Shown in pieces: positions 35,305 to 48,443 of a stretch of 64,000 nt of DNA; position 1 is the stretch's first letter; every line of letters begins with the position of its first letter. Made by a program: the position numbers and the translations under genes. The stretch is taken from the NCBI GenBank assembly GCA_020891255.1, contig BQFW01000007.1, forward strand, positions 310,001-374,000, read 5' to 3'. Below the pieces are notes generated by a model, which made no database searches, was not told where the DNA came from, and was given only the letters and a program-made list of their open reading frames with translations. This DNA comes from Entomortierella parvispora E1425 (lineage: Eukaryota; Fungi; Mortierellomycota).

Positions 35305-38300
35305 GGTGTCGCAAGTGTGGGGTAAGGGTGGCTGTTTTGATATGAGAAATATGAGAAAAAAGTAGAAAGAAGTTTTGCCCTTTTATACCCTTATTCTCGG
35401 TAGCGACAACAACGGCTGCGGCGGTCGATGTTAGCTTGTTAAGAGGACAATGAGCCCCCCCCCCCCAAAAAAAAACAATCGAATCGGAGAAGAAGGATGG
35501 TCCTCATTCAGAGAAAATACGCGTTCCAACCCTTGAGCATTGCGCAAACGTTCGTTTTTCTTCCCGAAGAAGTCTTTCGCTTGGCGAATGGGATGGGTCC
35601 TGTCGTTCTCATCAACCGCCTTGTTGTTGATTGTTTGTTGTTTTCTTGCTTCTCCTTCCTTTTTGCTGACGACAAGTGACTAGAATGACATTGGTTGGAC
35701 ATAGCCAGAAGTCAAAAGACGCGCCGCGTTTAGCGCTCACAGGGTCGAAAGACCTCAAAAGGGTGCCCTTTCGAGAAAAAGAACATGTGGGCTCGACTTT
35801 GCAAAAGAGGAAAAATGTGATCCAACAAGGCACTGACTGGCAAGCGGCGATTTCAACGCGCCGTCTTTTTTTTAGTTTTTACTTTCAAGAGAAGGGCAAC
35901 AGCCAGCCTTCTTAAGGAGGGGAAGCTTGGCATAGGGGAGAAAGTCACTACAAAGTGCAGGCTTTTGGGTTCTCATTCCTCCGCACCAACGGAGGATGTC
36001 AGCGTGATCGGCTTTGGATAATTCACCCTGCCACTTGTCTTGCCCTAGGTCATCGCTTTTGGATCTGCGGTTTCGGTTCATTATTTCGTCAGCGAGAGAC
36101 AGAGAGATAGCGACGGAGAGAAAGAAGGCGAGAACATCTTAGAGCCCATTTTTCCTTTTTTCAATGACCTAGACAGGAGGGTGCCCCTCCAAGGCCTGGA
36201 CAGCGACACAGAGAAGCAAATCAAAATCAGGGATTACATCAAGCGCGGGACCCTTGTCGCCGTCTGCGCCCGAGGAGAGGCTGGCTGGCTGGATGTGTTG
36301 GTTTGAATTGCAGGTCCGGTTCATCTCTGACCACTGAGTCCGGTCCGCTGGGTCTGTTTCCAACGAAAGCCTCATTCGCCCTCCGCCACATCTCAATTTT
36401 TTTTTTGTTTTCCATTTCTACGCGGGTATCTTGGTGTCGTCAACTAGGGTTTCGCTCTCAACTCAACTCGTCCGTTTTGCTCATCTGCGAATGCGATGCG
36501 ATGCGATGCGATACCTGTTGCCGTTGCCTGCTGTTGACGAACTGGCTGCCTTGTCCAAGGGGCAGAGAGAGAGACAGAGAGAGAGCGAGAGAGAGAAATG
36601 TGGACGGACGGACGCCCCTGCTCAATCTCTTGCAGCCCCCATCCTCCCCCCGTCACGATCAAGTAAGGAGTACAGCTGAGACTCGATAGGTAAAAGATAA
36701 TAATGCCCGAGAGATCGCTCTTGTGTTTTCTTGCTTTGCTTGACTTGGGGAGCAAAAAAAAAAAAAAAAGAAAAAGCACAGTGCGACAAGATGCCCGCTT
36801 GCGCCCAAGCTGACGTTTTTTTTGTTGTTAGATGACAGTCTCGCGAACAGTTTACCCAGAAGGCCTTGAATTTTGGCAGCCTGCCTTCAGGGATATAAAG
36901 AGATAAAGATAGTGGTATATCTTTGGGTACAATCTGGCAAGCACCCAGTTTGCGCCCATTTCTTGAACTTGACCTCATTGAGTTTCTCTTTCCTCCCCTT
37001 CTTCCTCCCCTCTTCTTCCGCCCAGAAGGGTCGCGCCGTTCCATAGAAATAATAAATAATATAGTGAGTTTATTGAACTTGACCATGAGGGGGAAGGTAA
37101 AAAAAAAGAATAAAGGAAAAAAGTGCCTTTCTTTTTTTGAAGCGAAGCAGGGGGGGAGGGATAGATGAACAACCTACAGGGCGTGTTCTTTTTTGTCTGG
37201 GGCGCGCATGTCGGTCTGTTCAACAACGAGGCTAGTCGGGGAGAGCAAGTTCACAGAGCAAATGGGGTGTAGGTTTTTTGTTGTGTTGAGCATCAAATGA
37301 TGAACAGACCAGTTGCACAGTGCTTTGTTCGCAACTATGAGGTCCTCTTCCTCGTGCTGTTCATGTCCGATAGTGGATTGTCATCTGGGCGGGGCGGAAA
37401 AAGCCAAAAGTGAGAAACATACACAGACAATATGAAGAATGGAGAGCGTTTCCATAGAGAAGGAGAGGAGTGAGCAAGAGACTTCATCTAAACCAAAGGA
37501 AGGACAGTAGCCTAGCAGATGCTAAATGAGGACCCAGGAAAGGAGGGTCTTGAGTCCTGACACCAACAAATTCATCACTTCCAGATCGCAATCCACAGCA
37601 ACAGGAATGAAAAAAAAAAAAAAAAAAAAAAAAACTACGCAGAGGTGGAACTCACAGCAATAGAATTCAACCTCATCGACGTCGAGACAATTCAAGAGAG
37701 AAAAGAAAGAGTCGGCGAACAATAGACAAATAGACAGCCCGAGACCCCGGCAGGTCGTTCTCCGCAAGACACATTTTCAAAGGCACTAGAAAACACCGAA
37801 GAACCAAAAAAGAAAATATACACAGCGATAGGGTGCAACAACGGGCGCAATGAAAATAACAATAAAAAATGGATCTGTGGGATCGATGTGGATGGTTGAG
37901 CTGTGTGGACAGACAAGCAAATGTTGGTAAAGAGAGAGAGCCACACAGGAGCGAGGGATGGACCGGAAAACAGCTTCACGAACGTCCAGCCAGGCAGACA
38001 ATTGGCGAGACGGATACATACCCCTTTTGTGCATGTTATCGCCTCTCTGCCCTATTGTGCTTTTGGTTGTGTCCCTTGAGCAAGGCCTGGCGCCATGGGC
38101 CGTGAGCACTCTAATAGTGCGCTACCCTACTTGCTCTTCAAAGAAGAGCAAGAACGCAAGGTGGGGAGTGTGTGGGTCATGTCGAAGGGAGTCGCAGCTG
38201 CTCTGTGCCATCTGTCTTCATTGATTCTCCAGATTATTTATTGTCCACATCTGGCAAGTATTTCCGTCGCTGCGTGGTGGGCCCACAAGCAGGCAGAAAA

Positions 38301-38883
38301 ATAAAGGGGACAAAGGGCGACAGCAACAGGGGGGCAGAGGAGAGAGGGAAGAGGAGGGGAACGTACTCCCCATGCCCAAGTCCATGCCCAAAGGGCAACA
38401 CCAAGGCCATGCTTTTTTTTTGTTCCCATCCCCTTCCTTCTAGCAGCAATAGCAATAGCCCTCGCAGCGGCAGCATGACACACCAGTAGAGAACCAGAAC
38501 CCACCAGGAGCAAATTAATACTTGGGCTGGATAGATGGAGGGGACAGAATAATCCGACTCGCGGAAGCAAAGACCAGAACCAAACCAAACCAAACCATGG
38601 CAGCGAGAGAGTTCAGGTTTCGAGAATGGAGGGAGTTCGAGCGAGGGAGGCGAGGGCGGGGCGTGTCGATTCGACAGCGGTGCTCTCTCTCCGTTCACTC
38701 ACTCACCTTGGCGGTGGATGGGCGAGAGTGAACTCAGAAGAGGGCCCAGACCGGGAGAGAGGGGGGATGTTTTTTCAGCTGGTCTGTCTGTTCTGTCTTT
38801 GGTCAGTCAGTCTTGTCAAGTCAGTCCGTCCGTCTGCCTTGCCTGTTGGGCAAAACAACAACAACAACCGCAACTCATTCACA

Positions 38884-38948
38884 CAACATACACACACATA
38901 CACACACACACACACACACAACACACACAACACACACAACACACACAA
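38884..38948. repeat. (CA)n/(CACAA)n compound microsatellite upstream of the cyclin gene
   Basis: Visible directly in the sequence. Confidence 0.9.
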
Positions 38949-39467
38949 GGGCAGGGGCACAATAACTCTCAATCTCAACTCACTTTCAACTTCAAAACTC
39001 CTTCAATCTTCGTCCTCAGCTCACTCACTCCACTCACTCGACCGACTCACTCAACTCTACTCACTCTCAACTCTCTCTCTCTGCGCAGGGAAGGGGACCA
39101 TCAACCCAAAAACTAAAAGGAAACCAAGAAGGAACCCAAAAACAAGACCCAAAACGAAAAGCGATCAGTCTTTCACCTTGCGCCCCGAACGGACCGACCA
39201 TTCGTCTTCTTCTTGAGCAGATCTCTTCTCCTCTTTTGTTGTTGTTGTTGTTTTGTTCGTCTTGTTGTTGTCTTCCTTCTTGTCCGTTGTTGCCCTTCCC
39301 TTCTTCCTCTTCACCACTGCCCTACTCTCCTATACTCTCCTCACTCTCCTCCTCCTCGCATTCATTCCTCTTGACCCTACTACCCTTCTTCACTCCAACC
39401 CTTTCGCCTCTTCTCCTACAACAAGTCGGCACACTCCACAATCAACGGTCTGTCCATTCACGAAAGG

Positions 39468-42026
39468 ATGGACTACTACCATCCTTCCCTCCACCCCATG
39501 GCTACTACCGCCGTCTCTGTTGCCCCAAAGGACTCTCAGGACAGGTACCACCACCCTACGCCGCCATACTACTATTACGGCGAAGACAAGCCCGTCGCTG
39601 CCACTGCCCCGTCTTCGGCCTCGGTCTCCGCCACAACCTCCTACCACAATGCGCCCTATCAACAACACATGGCCACGCCGTCCTACTCCTTCCCACATAG
39701 CCAAGAGCGGCATCCACCTCCTCCCTCTACCCACTCACATACTCAGCAGCAAGATTCCTATCCGCTCCCTTCTCGGCAAGTACAGCAAGAGTTCAAGCAC
39801 CATGCCCGCAAATCCTCGGACGTGGCTCCAATAGTCATCAACACAGCACCGCCGGCTACTGCTGTAGCACCGCCCAAGCAGTCGTCTTCGCCCAGCTCAA
39901 AGTCCCAACAGCGCCAGACCGCTGCCGAGTTGGCAGATTTTGCAGCCCACATGGTCTGCTACCTCTTGTTCGGACACACTTCCAAAGGCAACAGCAATAG
40001 CAGTAGTGGTAGCGGAAACAATTGCTCCGGCCACAGCACCCATAGTTCTCCCGGTTTATCCAGGCCCTGTTCACCACAGACGCAGTCTGGCAGCAGTCGT
40101 CAGCCCCAGAGCCCTTATAGCAATTGCCCCTGCGGTGTCTGTCAACAGCAAAATCAGGACAGCCTCCCCAACTCTCCTTCTCGATCCAGTTGTCCCTCCT
40201 CCAACACTGTCGTTTATCCGTCTTGGCAGCAGCAGCAACAGCCGACTAGATCAACTCACAGGAGAATGTTGTCAGAGTCGGAAATTGTTCAACCAAAGCC
40301 CATGTTCCGCAAGTTTTGCCTTGACGTCCTTAGTGCAACACTGCTGTCGCCAAGCGTGATCTTGTTATCACTGAAATACATCCAGCAACTGATGCTCAAT
40401 CTCAAGAGTTCCAACAAGATTGTGAACACGGGTGAAGGCGCCGAATACAGATTCTTTACCGGAGCCCTTATTCTCGCCAACAAGTTCTTGGACGACAATA
40501 CTTTTACCAACAAGACATGGTCAGATATCACTGGAATGAAGGTCAAGGATGTCAACCACCTCGAGATGCAGTTCCTGAACGGGATCGACTTTCGGCTTTT
40601 CACCAGCCCTGCAGAGTACTCGGAGTGGCTTGCGGGACTCACCCAGTTCACAGGCCAGTACATGCCCTCGCAGCACCAGGTCGCCTCCCAACAACAGGCT
40701 ACCGCCGCCAGATCGCCCATCTCACCTGTGGACTCGACAAATGTGGACTCTACGGTCCTCTGCGGCAGTTCTGTGGCGTTGGGAGCAATGACAGGAGCTG
40801 GAACTGGGACCGATTCTAGTGCAGGATCCCGTCCCACCAACCTCCCTGGATCAGGTTCAGTGACCACAAGTCACTTTAACAATCATGGAGGATACTCAAT
40901 GGCATCCATTTCTCAGTACATTGACTCTGTGAAGCAAATCCAAAACAGGAACAGGGTGGTGCAAGGACAACCCTTGGCCCCCGTCGCCTCTTATGCCCAA
41001 CAATATCAGCACCCACACCAAGGATCGCTGACTCCCTTCACGCAGTCGCCCACGGGAGGTGTGTATCCATCCTTCTCTCAGCAAACCTCGCCCTTGCCAA
41101 TGATGCATCGCAAACGCTCCGCCAACATTGCCTTTGAGGACATGTCGCTGACGGATCGATCGCCCGGTTATGAGAGCAGTGGAGGTCAATCCTCTCGTCC
41201 TTCCGTCTTTGTGCGGTCCCACAAGCGCTTCTCGTCGTCTTCTGCTTCCACCGCGATGATGGCAACGCCTGTGTACCATGGATCAGAGCAGGACCACATG
41301 TTCCGCGCAGGACACTCACCCCTCCCCCCACCTCCTTCGCGTCAACAATATCAGGCTCAGTACCCCATGGAGGATCGCTCGCATCGACCCAGCAGCAGCC
41401 TCGGAAGTAATGGATCCATGCCTTTTGCTCGGAAACAACATCAGCGCAGTGCTTCTGGAAACTACTACGGTATGGACGTGCCCGAGTATTCGGCTCCCTC
41501 TTCGACGCTGACCACCCCCCATCTGCAGGACCCTGCTCCTGTCCGAGGACAATACATGTTGGCGAGCCATGGCACCACCGGCACTGGCCATTCATCGAGC
41601 TGGGCGAGATCACAGCTGCATCCTCTGGAAGCCCCTCAACCAGAGCTTTCCGTGAACCGTCCCTCCTCCCGCTTATCCGCCACGGCCAGTCGCCCTCCAT
41701 CGCAACAAGCGTTTTATCATCCTGTGACCCCACCTTCGTCTTACCACCGCCACCACTATCAGCATCACCCCGAGTCGTCTCCATTCCTGGACTCTCATTC
41801 TTATCATCATCACCATGATTTCCAGGACGATTACAACCATTCGCACCGCAACAGCACCTATGGCCACAACAGCTATGAAATCGATCCTCGTCTCTGGGGC
41901 CCCTTGGACAGCATGTCGCTTCAGGCCATCACCACCCAGGCTGCCAAAAGGGTTGTGGCGCAGGGCAAGGCGCTCTCGTCCTCGGCGAATGGCCTGCACA
42001 TGTATTACCCCTCCACTTTGGTCTGA
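39468..42026 (+). CDS. PHO80/Pcl-family (Clg1-like) cyclin, intronless, 852 aa
   Basis: Cyclin box FRKFCLDVLSATLLSPSVILLSLKYI...RFFTGALILANKFLDDNTFTNKTWSDITG...LEMQFLNGIDFRL, flanked by long low-complexity regions. Confidence 0.88.
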   Translation: MDYYHPSLHPMATTAVSVAPKDSQDRYHHPTPPYYYYGEDKPVAATAPSSASVSATTSYHNAPYQQHMATPSYSFPHSQERHPPPPSTHSHTQQQDSYPLPSRQVQQEFKHHARKSSDVAPIVINTAPPATAVAPPKQSSSPSSKSQQRQTAAELADFAAHMVCYLLFGHTSKGNSNSSSGSGNNCSGHSTHSSPGLSRPCSPQTQSGSSRQPQSPYSNCPCGVCQQQNQDSLPNSPSRSSCPSSNTVVYPSWQQQQQPTRSTHRRMLSESEIVQPKPMFRKFCLDVLSATLLSPSVILLSLKYIQQLMLNLKSSNKIVNTGEGAEYRFFTGALILANKFLDDNTFTNKTWSDITGMKVKDVNHLEMQFLNGIDFRLFTSPAEYSEWLAGLTQFTGQYMPSQHQVASQQQATAARSPISPVDSTNVDSTVLCGSSVALGAMTGAGTGTDSSAGSRPTNLPGSGSVTTSHFNNHGGYSMASISQYIDSVKQIQNRNRVVQGQPLAPVASYAQQYQHPHQGSLTPFTQSPTGGVYPSFSQQTSPLPMMHRKRSANIAFEDMSLTDRSPGYESSGGQSSRPSVFVRSHKRFSSSSASTAMMATPVYHGSEQDHMFRAGHSPLPPPPSRQQYQAQYPMEDRSHRPSSSLGSNGSMPFARKQHQRSASGNYYGMDVPEYSAPSSTLTTPHLQDPAPVRGQYMLASHGTTGTGHSSSWARSQLHPLEAPQPELSVNRPSSRLSATASRPPSQQAFYHPVTPPSSYHRHHYQHHPESSPFLDSHSYHHHHDFQDDYNHSHRNSTYGHNSYEIDPRLWGPLDSMSLQAITTQAAKRVVAQGKALSSSANGLHMYYPSTLV

Positions 42027-42399
42027 ACTCTCTCTCTCTCTCTCCGCCTTTTTCATTTTTTTTGTATTTTTAGTCTCTCCTCCTCCTCTTCGTCATTTTG
42101 CACCTCATCCTCCCCCCTTGTATCATAGCACCTCTATTTACCACCTCTTTTTTTTCTTTGTCCCCCAGAACAGGGGACTGTTTACCAAAGAAAGAAAAGA
42201 AAAGAAAAAACCAACTCCAAAAAAGAATAAATCACACCCAAACACCTGTAACATACTCTTTTTTTTTGTCTTGGTATTCTCATTGTTGTATTGTTGCAGG
42301 AACAAATGTCTGCCCAATAATGGTCAAATGATTTCTTTGGTAGGGGGGACAAACACTTTTGGGTTAAAGGCATTCTTTTCTTTTTTTTTGTTTAATCGC

Positions 42400-42738
42400 C
42401 TATTGACAACCCAGCTGGCAATTCTTGATGGTCGATTGGGAAATCCTATAACACATGGCTATGTTGGAAGTGCCTTCATTGTGAATACAATTGTCTTTTG
42501 TTGTCTGACCCTTGGATTCACATTTCTGGAAGCAAGGGTAGAGTCTTCCGCCTGGCGCATTGTCGTACGGTTTGGGTGACCGTTTTAAAAGAACACCAAG
42601 GCTGGTGCCGAGGGCGTGTGTTCTTTCAGAGTCTGGAATCGGGGACGAAAGTGAACTGAGCGCGGCGAGCGAAAGCAGGATCACAAGGGTGAACGCAATG
42701 GCTCTTGCAAGCGCTGCAGCGTATTGAAAGCGAGGCAT
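42400..42738 (-). CDS. Small secreted cysteine-rich peptide precursor (signal, pro-region, KR, 59-aa 6-Cys mature part)
   Basis: Hydrophobic leader AIAFTLVILLSLAALSSLSSPIP, LLKR site, then C-x3-C-x10-C-x11-C-x10-C-x3-C at the C-terminus; true ATG at 42738. Confidence 0.75.
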   Translation of the reverse strand: MPRFQYAAALARAIAFTLVILLSLAALSSLSSPIPDSERTHALGTSLGVLLKRSPKPYDNAPGGRLYPCFQKCESKGQTTKDNCIHNEGTSNIAMCYRISQSTIKNCQLGCQ

Positions 42739-43806
42739 TCCTTAGATCTTAGAGTACGAAAAACCAAAAAAAAAAAAAAAAAAAAAAAAGGCACCAAACA
42801 GTCCGAGTCGAAAAAGGGTCAGGGGACAAAGAGGAGGGGCGGAAGAAGGAGATGGTTTTTGTGAGAAAGAAAGAACAAGAGATGTCAAGACACTATGGAG
42901 AACTTTGAGAGGTTTGTGATTCCCGTTAGAGCTAATGGCGCAGTGACGAAAGACAATAACTCTTTGAAAAGGGAGGAAAGGGGAGCAGGGAGGCACAAAG
43001 GGTCCTTTTTTCAAAACCCCCGTTGCTTTTTCTTTCATTGATAGACTATTATTGATGGTCACCCACCCCGGCCCTTGCTGGCGTTCAAATCCAAGTTTTG
43101 TTTCGTTCATGATCGTGCTACATTTACTTGTTGTCATCCTAGAGTAGTCATTCCCTCATTTTTTGTTTACTTGGAGTTTGTTGGGCAATAGAGAATGTGG
43201 GTATAGAATCATTTTGCTGATTTCGAAACCTTTACAGGTTTAGAAGTATTGGAAGGGAAGTAAAGGAAAGGGGAGGAGACTAAATCTCATTGACCAAAAA
43301 AAGTCCGCGGCTTGAAGTATGCAGGATAGGGAAAAGGGACCTCATTGACAGAAAAGACGGGGGGGAAAGGCTGAGGAGAAGTACACTCTTTTGTCAGACC
43401 AACCCGACTCTTTCACCACCCCTTTCCATCTTTTTTTCCCAAGAAAAATGGTAAGGAGGGGGAGTAGGAGGAAGGGAGGGAAGGGAAGAGTAGGTCCCAG
43501 ATCCAGCGCTTTCCTTTTGCGACGCAGAGAAGCATCCAAAAAAAAAAAAAAAAAAAAAAAACGCGTCGCGTTACGAAGGGCAGTCACTCAATGGTTCGCC
43601 CCATGCTGCCAATTTATGGATGGGGGCTCATCCCCTTCCTCTTTTGTGTTCATCTCTCTTCTTTTTTTCCTCTGCATCCTCTCTTTTTCTGAACAAACAA
43701 CAAACAAGAAAAGCTACCACCCTGGCACAAGGATTCTTTCTCCCCTTGCCCATTCCAACTAAACCATCGAGGACAAACCCACAAGAAAAGAAACGACAAA
43801 AGAAAG

Positions 43807-45309
43807 ATGGCCTTGGAAGAAGCAAAGCGCATGGGCCTGACCCTCATGGACGACCCCGAAACCCTGTCCAATGCTCCCCGGGAACATCGCCACCACAATC
43901 GTCTCCAGCGTGACGACGACCGTTCAAAACACCTTCATGACGGTGCGGCCGCCCTCAGCGACAATGACGACGACATTGATGCCAACGATTCCGATGACGC
44001 CGAACTGGTGCAGTACATGCTCGAAACAGGAGGTCTCACCGACAGAGAAATCGATAGACTCGATGGAAAGACTTCTGGACGACTCCACCAAAAGGACAAG
44101 CCGTCTGCAGCCGCCACCGAAGCAGAGTCAGGAGCAGAGGGCGCTGGCGTGACCAACAAGTACCTTGAACGAGACTCGGGTGCCAACACCGGTCCCAAGG
44201 GTGTACTCGCAGACCAGAAATACCATCGCCAGCAACAACTCCAGGAACGGATGGCCGAAACGCAATCATATAATGCCAGAATGGAGTCCAAGGCCATGAC
44301 CACCACCACTTTCAGAGAAGACCAAACTGCAGAAACAAAGTCCAAGAAGGATCTGGAGAAGGAACACATGACGCCGGAGCAACGAAAGATGGCAGAGGAA
44401 CTCGAGGACGACGAGGACGAGAAAAAGATTCTAGAAAGGATTCGGGGCAATCGACTAAAGGAAATGGCGTTTTCGGCTCAGACGGGCAAGGGAGGGCTCC
44501 TGAAGCGAAAGACCTTTGGATATTTGATGGAGATGAATGCGGCTCAGTATGTGGCGGCCATCGACTCTGAGAAAAAGGATGTAACCGTGGTCATTCACAT
44601 CTACAGCGATGTAAGTTACTCTATTTCATTTCCGCCTCTTTCTTTTGTTTCGTGTCTCGCTTTCAGTGTGAGCAAGCATCAACTGACCCAACGGCCCATT
44701 ATTATTGTTTTATTTCTGTAGTACAACGCCGATTGCAAAAAACTCGATTCATCTCTTATTACTTTGGCCGGTCAATACGCCAGCACAAAGTTCATTCGAA
44801 TCAAGGCCAGAGAAGTCGACTTTGACGAGGAGGTGTGTCCGACTGTCTTGGTGTATAGGGCTGGAGATCTGATCGCCAATCTGGTCATGGTCACCTACGA
44901 TCTCCCTGCCGATTATACAACATCCGATGTCGAAGAGTTGTTGACAAGGTATGGGATTTCAGGTCTTTTCTTTTGAACAAAAAGAAACCCCCATGTCACT
45001 GCTGGTGCCTTTTCTAATGTATCAACCATCTTCTACCTTAGCCACAAGTGCATATCCCCTCATGACCAGTGTCAACGAGAGAATTCCTATGAACATGGAG
45101 CTTCCTTGGATCCCTCCAACTTTTTCGCATCCTCTTCCACGTCAGCGGCAGGATTGGGGGATGACTTTGACCTGATGAGCCTTGGTCTCGATGTGGGGTC
45201 CAGTAACACGAGTCGTCGAGGTATCCTGAGTGGCAACGTGCCACAATTCAGATACCAAGATTACGAAGATGACGATGACCACAGTGATGTGGATGCACCA
45301 AGGTATTAA
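43807..45309 (+). CDS. Phosducin-like protein (PhLP1 type), 3 exons
   Basis: NTGPKGVLAD motif; thioredoxin-like VTVVIHIYSD|YNADCKKLD...STKFIRIKA...PTVLVYRAGDL; introns 44611-44721 and 44949-45041 splice in frame. Confidence 0.9.
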
Positions 45310-45560
45310 CGACGATGGAAGGAAACGCTCCTGGCCCCACAACAGATACCCAAGACAGGAGAGAGAGAAGAACGAGGAGCCGAACGCGACGGGGACCTCT
45401 AATGCATGCGAGGGGGAAGATGGAACGGCGTCATATATCTATTTGTTACTTATCATAAGTAGGGACAATAATATTCATAACTTTTTATACAATTTCGCAA
45501 GGGAAGTTTATCTACGGGGGGGGGGGTGAAAATGACACAGAAAACCAGCTCAGGGTACTA

Positions 45561-47531
45561 TCACCGCGAGGCTGTGGAGGGGGGGACACCGTTTGTGGTG
45601 GGGACGCTGTCCAACACTCTAAAGAGTCCATCCTGGTCCTGGAAGTCGTTGTGGACAATGTTGATCAGATACCACTCGTCGCGAATACTGTTGATGACCT
45701 TGGCCGAGGTGGATTCATGATCATAGATCTTGGACCATTCCGACCACAGCTCGAAAGCCTCGTCCTTCCAGGCCATGAACGACACGACTTCGACAATGGT
45801 GGGCTGAACAATTTCCTTGCCGACAAAGACTCCCCAGGTGACGGCATTGGGTCCATCTGTATGCGAGTTGGTTCGGAGATCGCCTCTCTTGTTCACGGCG
45901 TAATATGTGATCTGGGGTTCCTCCTCGATGCGCTTCACCAGTTGGTTCAAGTTCTCAGGCGAGATAAAGAATTCGAGGTAAGCCTTCTGGTAGACATATC
46001 CATTCTTGGGTCCCCATCCATGCACCTTGTCGTCTGAGCGAACGCCATTCACAGCTGGCTGAGAGTTGATGGTCAAGTAACCGCGCTCGTTCAAGTTGAC
46101 AAGCTGACCACGAATGGCCTCTGTCTCTGGGTACAAGGAACGCTCGTCGCTCCAAGGAATCGACTTGACAAGTCCTTGACAGTATTTTGCAAACAGCGAC
46201 GACACATCCTCCGCGCTCTCGGGGTGACCCCAAATCGCCAAAGCGTCCTTGGAAGACAACTTGAGTGAAGTACCATAACCATCCAACTCTCCAAAAGCAG
46301 GGGAACGGGAGTCTCCCCAGCGACCGTTGGGGAACTCGTCCCAAGCCTCTGTCCTGGCCACATACGACTTGATCCTGTTCTTCCAAAAGATGGGACGCAC
46401 ATTCTCCTTCTCGCGCTTCTTGGACAAGGAGGGGTTCCAGGGCAAAGAGCGAATGTTTTCCCGAGGCACCACAAACTCAAGTCCTTCCAAGATCAAACGG
46501 GTCGACTTTTCAAGGTTCAGGGTATAGAAGTGGAATCCTTGCGTCCCGGCTTCCTGAATCTCACGACACATCTGGACTGCCAGCTTGACTCCGTAATCCT
46601 TGACAGCCTGATCGTCGTCCTTGATGGGTTCCAACGCCTCCAGGATCGATTCGGGAACGGAAGTCCTGCATATACTGGTCATGCGAACGAATCCTCCATA
46701 TGACTGAATGGGCATGATGCCCGGCAAGATGGGGACGTGGATCCCCCGCTTTCGACATTCCTGTACCCAATCCTTGAAGAGCTCAGTGTCATAGAACAAT
46801 TGCGTGACGATAAAATCGGCTCCCTGATCCACCTTGAACTTCAGCCACTTGAAATCCTCCTCCTTATCGGTCGAATCAAGATGACCCTCGGGGTAACCAG
46901 CGACTCCGATCGAAAAATAGTCACCGTACTGCTCGCGAATGTAGGCCACCAAGTCCGATGCATAGGCGAAGCCATTCTCACACGATTCCCAGCGCTCCTC
47001 GCCTCTGGGAGGATCACCACGCAAAGCCAAGATGTTTTGGTTGCCACAAGCTTTGGCGGCCTAATTGTGTTTGTGTATTGCAAGAAATAAAAGGGCAAGT
47101 TTTAGGGTTAGAGTATTGCGACAGGGAAGGGCGAAGAGCAGCCGTGAGAAAAAAGAAGCACACATAGCCTTGTTCCCCAAACAGGTCGATGTTTGTACGG
47201 GGGGAACAAGGTCTAAAGTGCAAAACAAGTGCTGGGTTACCTTGAGAGCGATGTCAATCTTTTGTTTGGGCATGTTGGTGCAAGTGAGATGCATGCAAGT
47301 CTCGAGTCCATAGACACTCTGGGCGGTGGCGATGAGTTCAGAGGTCAGGTCCGACGAGGAGCCTCCAGCGTTCCAGGTGATGTCGACAAACTCAGGACCG
47401 AGGTTGTACATGCGCTCCATACGGTCGAGCAAGTTCATGACACCAGCGGTGGTTTTTGGCGGGAAGTACTCAAAGGACCAGAAGGGGCGGCCTTCCTCCT
47501 TGGCACGGTGAATCTTGTCAATGACCTTCAT
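45561..47531 (-). CDS. MET13: Methylenetetrahydrofolate reductase (2 exons; intron 47061-47240)
   Basis: SFEYFPPKT, MHLTC, LALRGDPP, VAGYPEGH, GADFIVTQLFYD; C-terminal regulatory domain WDEFPNGRWGDSRSPAFG. MET13 versus MET12 assignment is by resemblance only. Confidence 0.92.
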
Positions 47532-47899
47532 GTCGATGCTCTGTCGCTTTTCACTTTATTGTGGAACGGTGGATGAGGACAGGGCGTGAGGAGAAAGAGA
47601 GAGAGTGAAGAGGAAGAGCAGAGTGGGGAAGAGGGGAGAGGAGGTGCAAAGAAGCAAAGGGACGGACGCACGAAGAATAACCAATGTGAGTCGACAGAAC
47701 GAATGATTCCACGTGACGCAAAAATGACACCATTTTGAACTGTCATCACTATTTTATCTAGACTAAAAATTAAATGGATCCGGAATAATTCCAAGCTCTC
47801 GTTGAATAATTTGAATTCTTGAAACATGAGGACGCGACGAAATGAGTTCGTCCAACAGGAAATGGCCAAAAAAACAAGAAGTGCTCTTCATCGCTTTGG

Positions 47900-47956
47900 T
47901 GTCGTGCACTGAAAGCGGCTGCACTGAGAGAATGAAAAGTAAACAAAGCAAGTCTC
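47900..47956 (+). repeat. 57-bp direct repeat, copy 1 (copy 2 at 51465-51521)
   Basis: TGTCGTGCACTGAAAGCG[G/A]CTGCACTGAGAGAATGAA[A/G]AGTAAACA[A/G]AGCAA[G/A]TCTC; 4 A/G differences. Confidence 0.95.
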
Positions 47957-48443
47957 GAACTTTTACCAAGTCTTTGATTACCTCAAGACCTGACATCTTT
48001 GACGGATATTTTAGCTGCGACTGAGAAACGTCGTCAGCAGGTCAGTCTATTTCCCAGGGAGATTGGGAGATTACAATTGATGGCGAAGCTGAAAGGATTG
48101 ATGCGATCAAGTACTGTATGGAATTTTACCGTCACACAGAGATGGCCTTACGGTCATATCGTTTACAATGGCTCTGCCACCACAGCAGCAACAAGGAGAT
48201 CATCCACAGCAGCAACAAGGAAGGCGTCCACAGCAGCAACAAGGAGGGCATCGTGTGCCGAATCAAGCCTCTGACCCTTAATATATTTAGTTGAAGATAA
48301 ATCAGCGCTCTCAAAAAAAAAACTTCTTCCGTCTCGTCATTACTCATACCCCTACTGCGGGGACCCCCTGCCCCGCACACTTCCTTTGACGTAAAACGAA
48401 GGCCACCACATTCCCTTCGTCGTAGACATTGATCTTTTGAAAG

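Noticed and set aside
48170-48255. Three ~20-nt CCACAGCAGCAACAAGGA tandem units
   Set aside because: Probably a remnant of a Q-rich coding segment; no further structure or function supportable.
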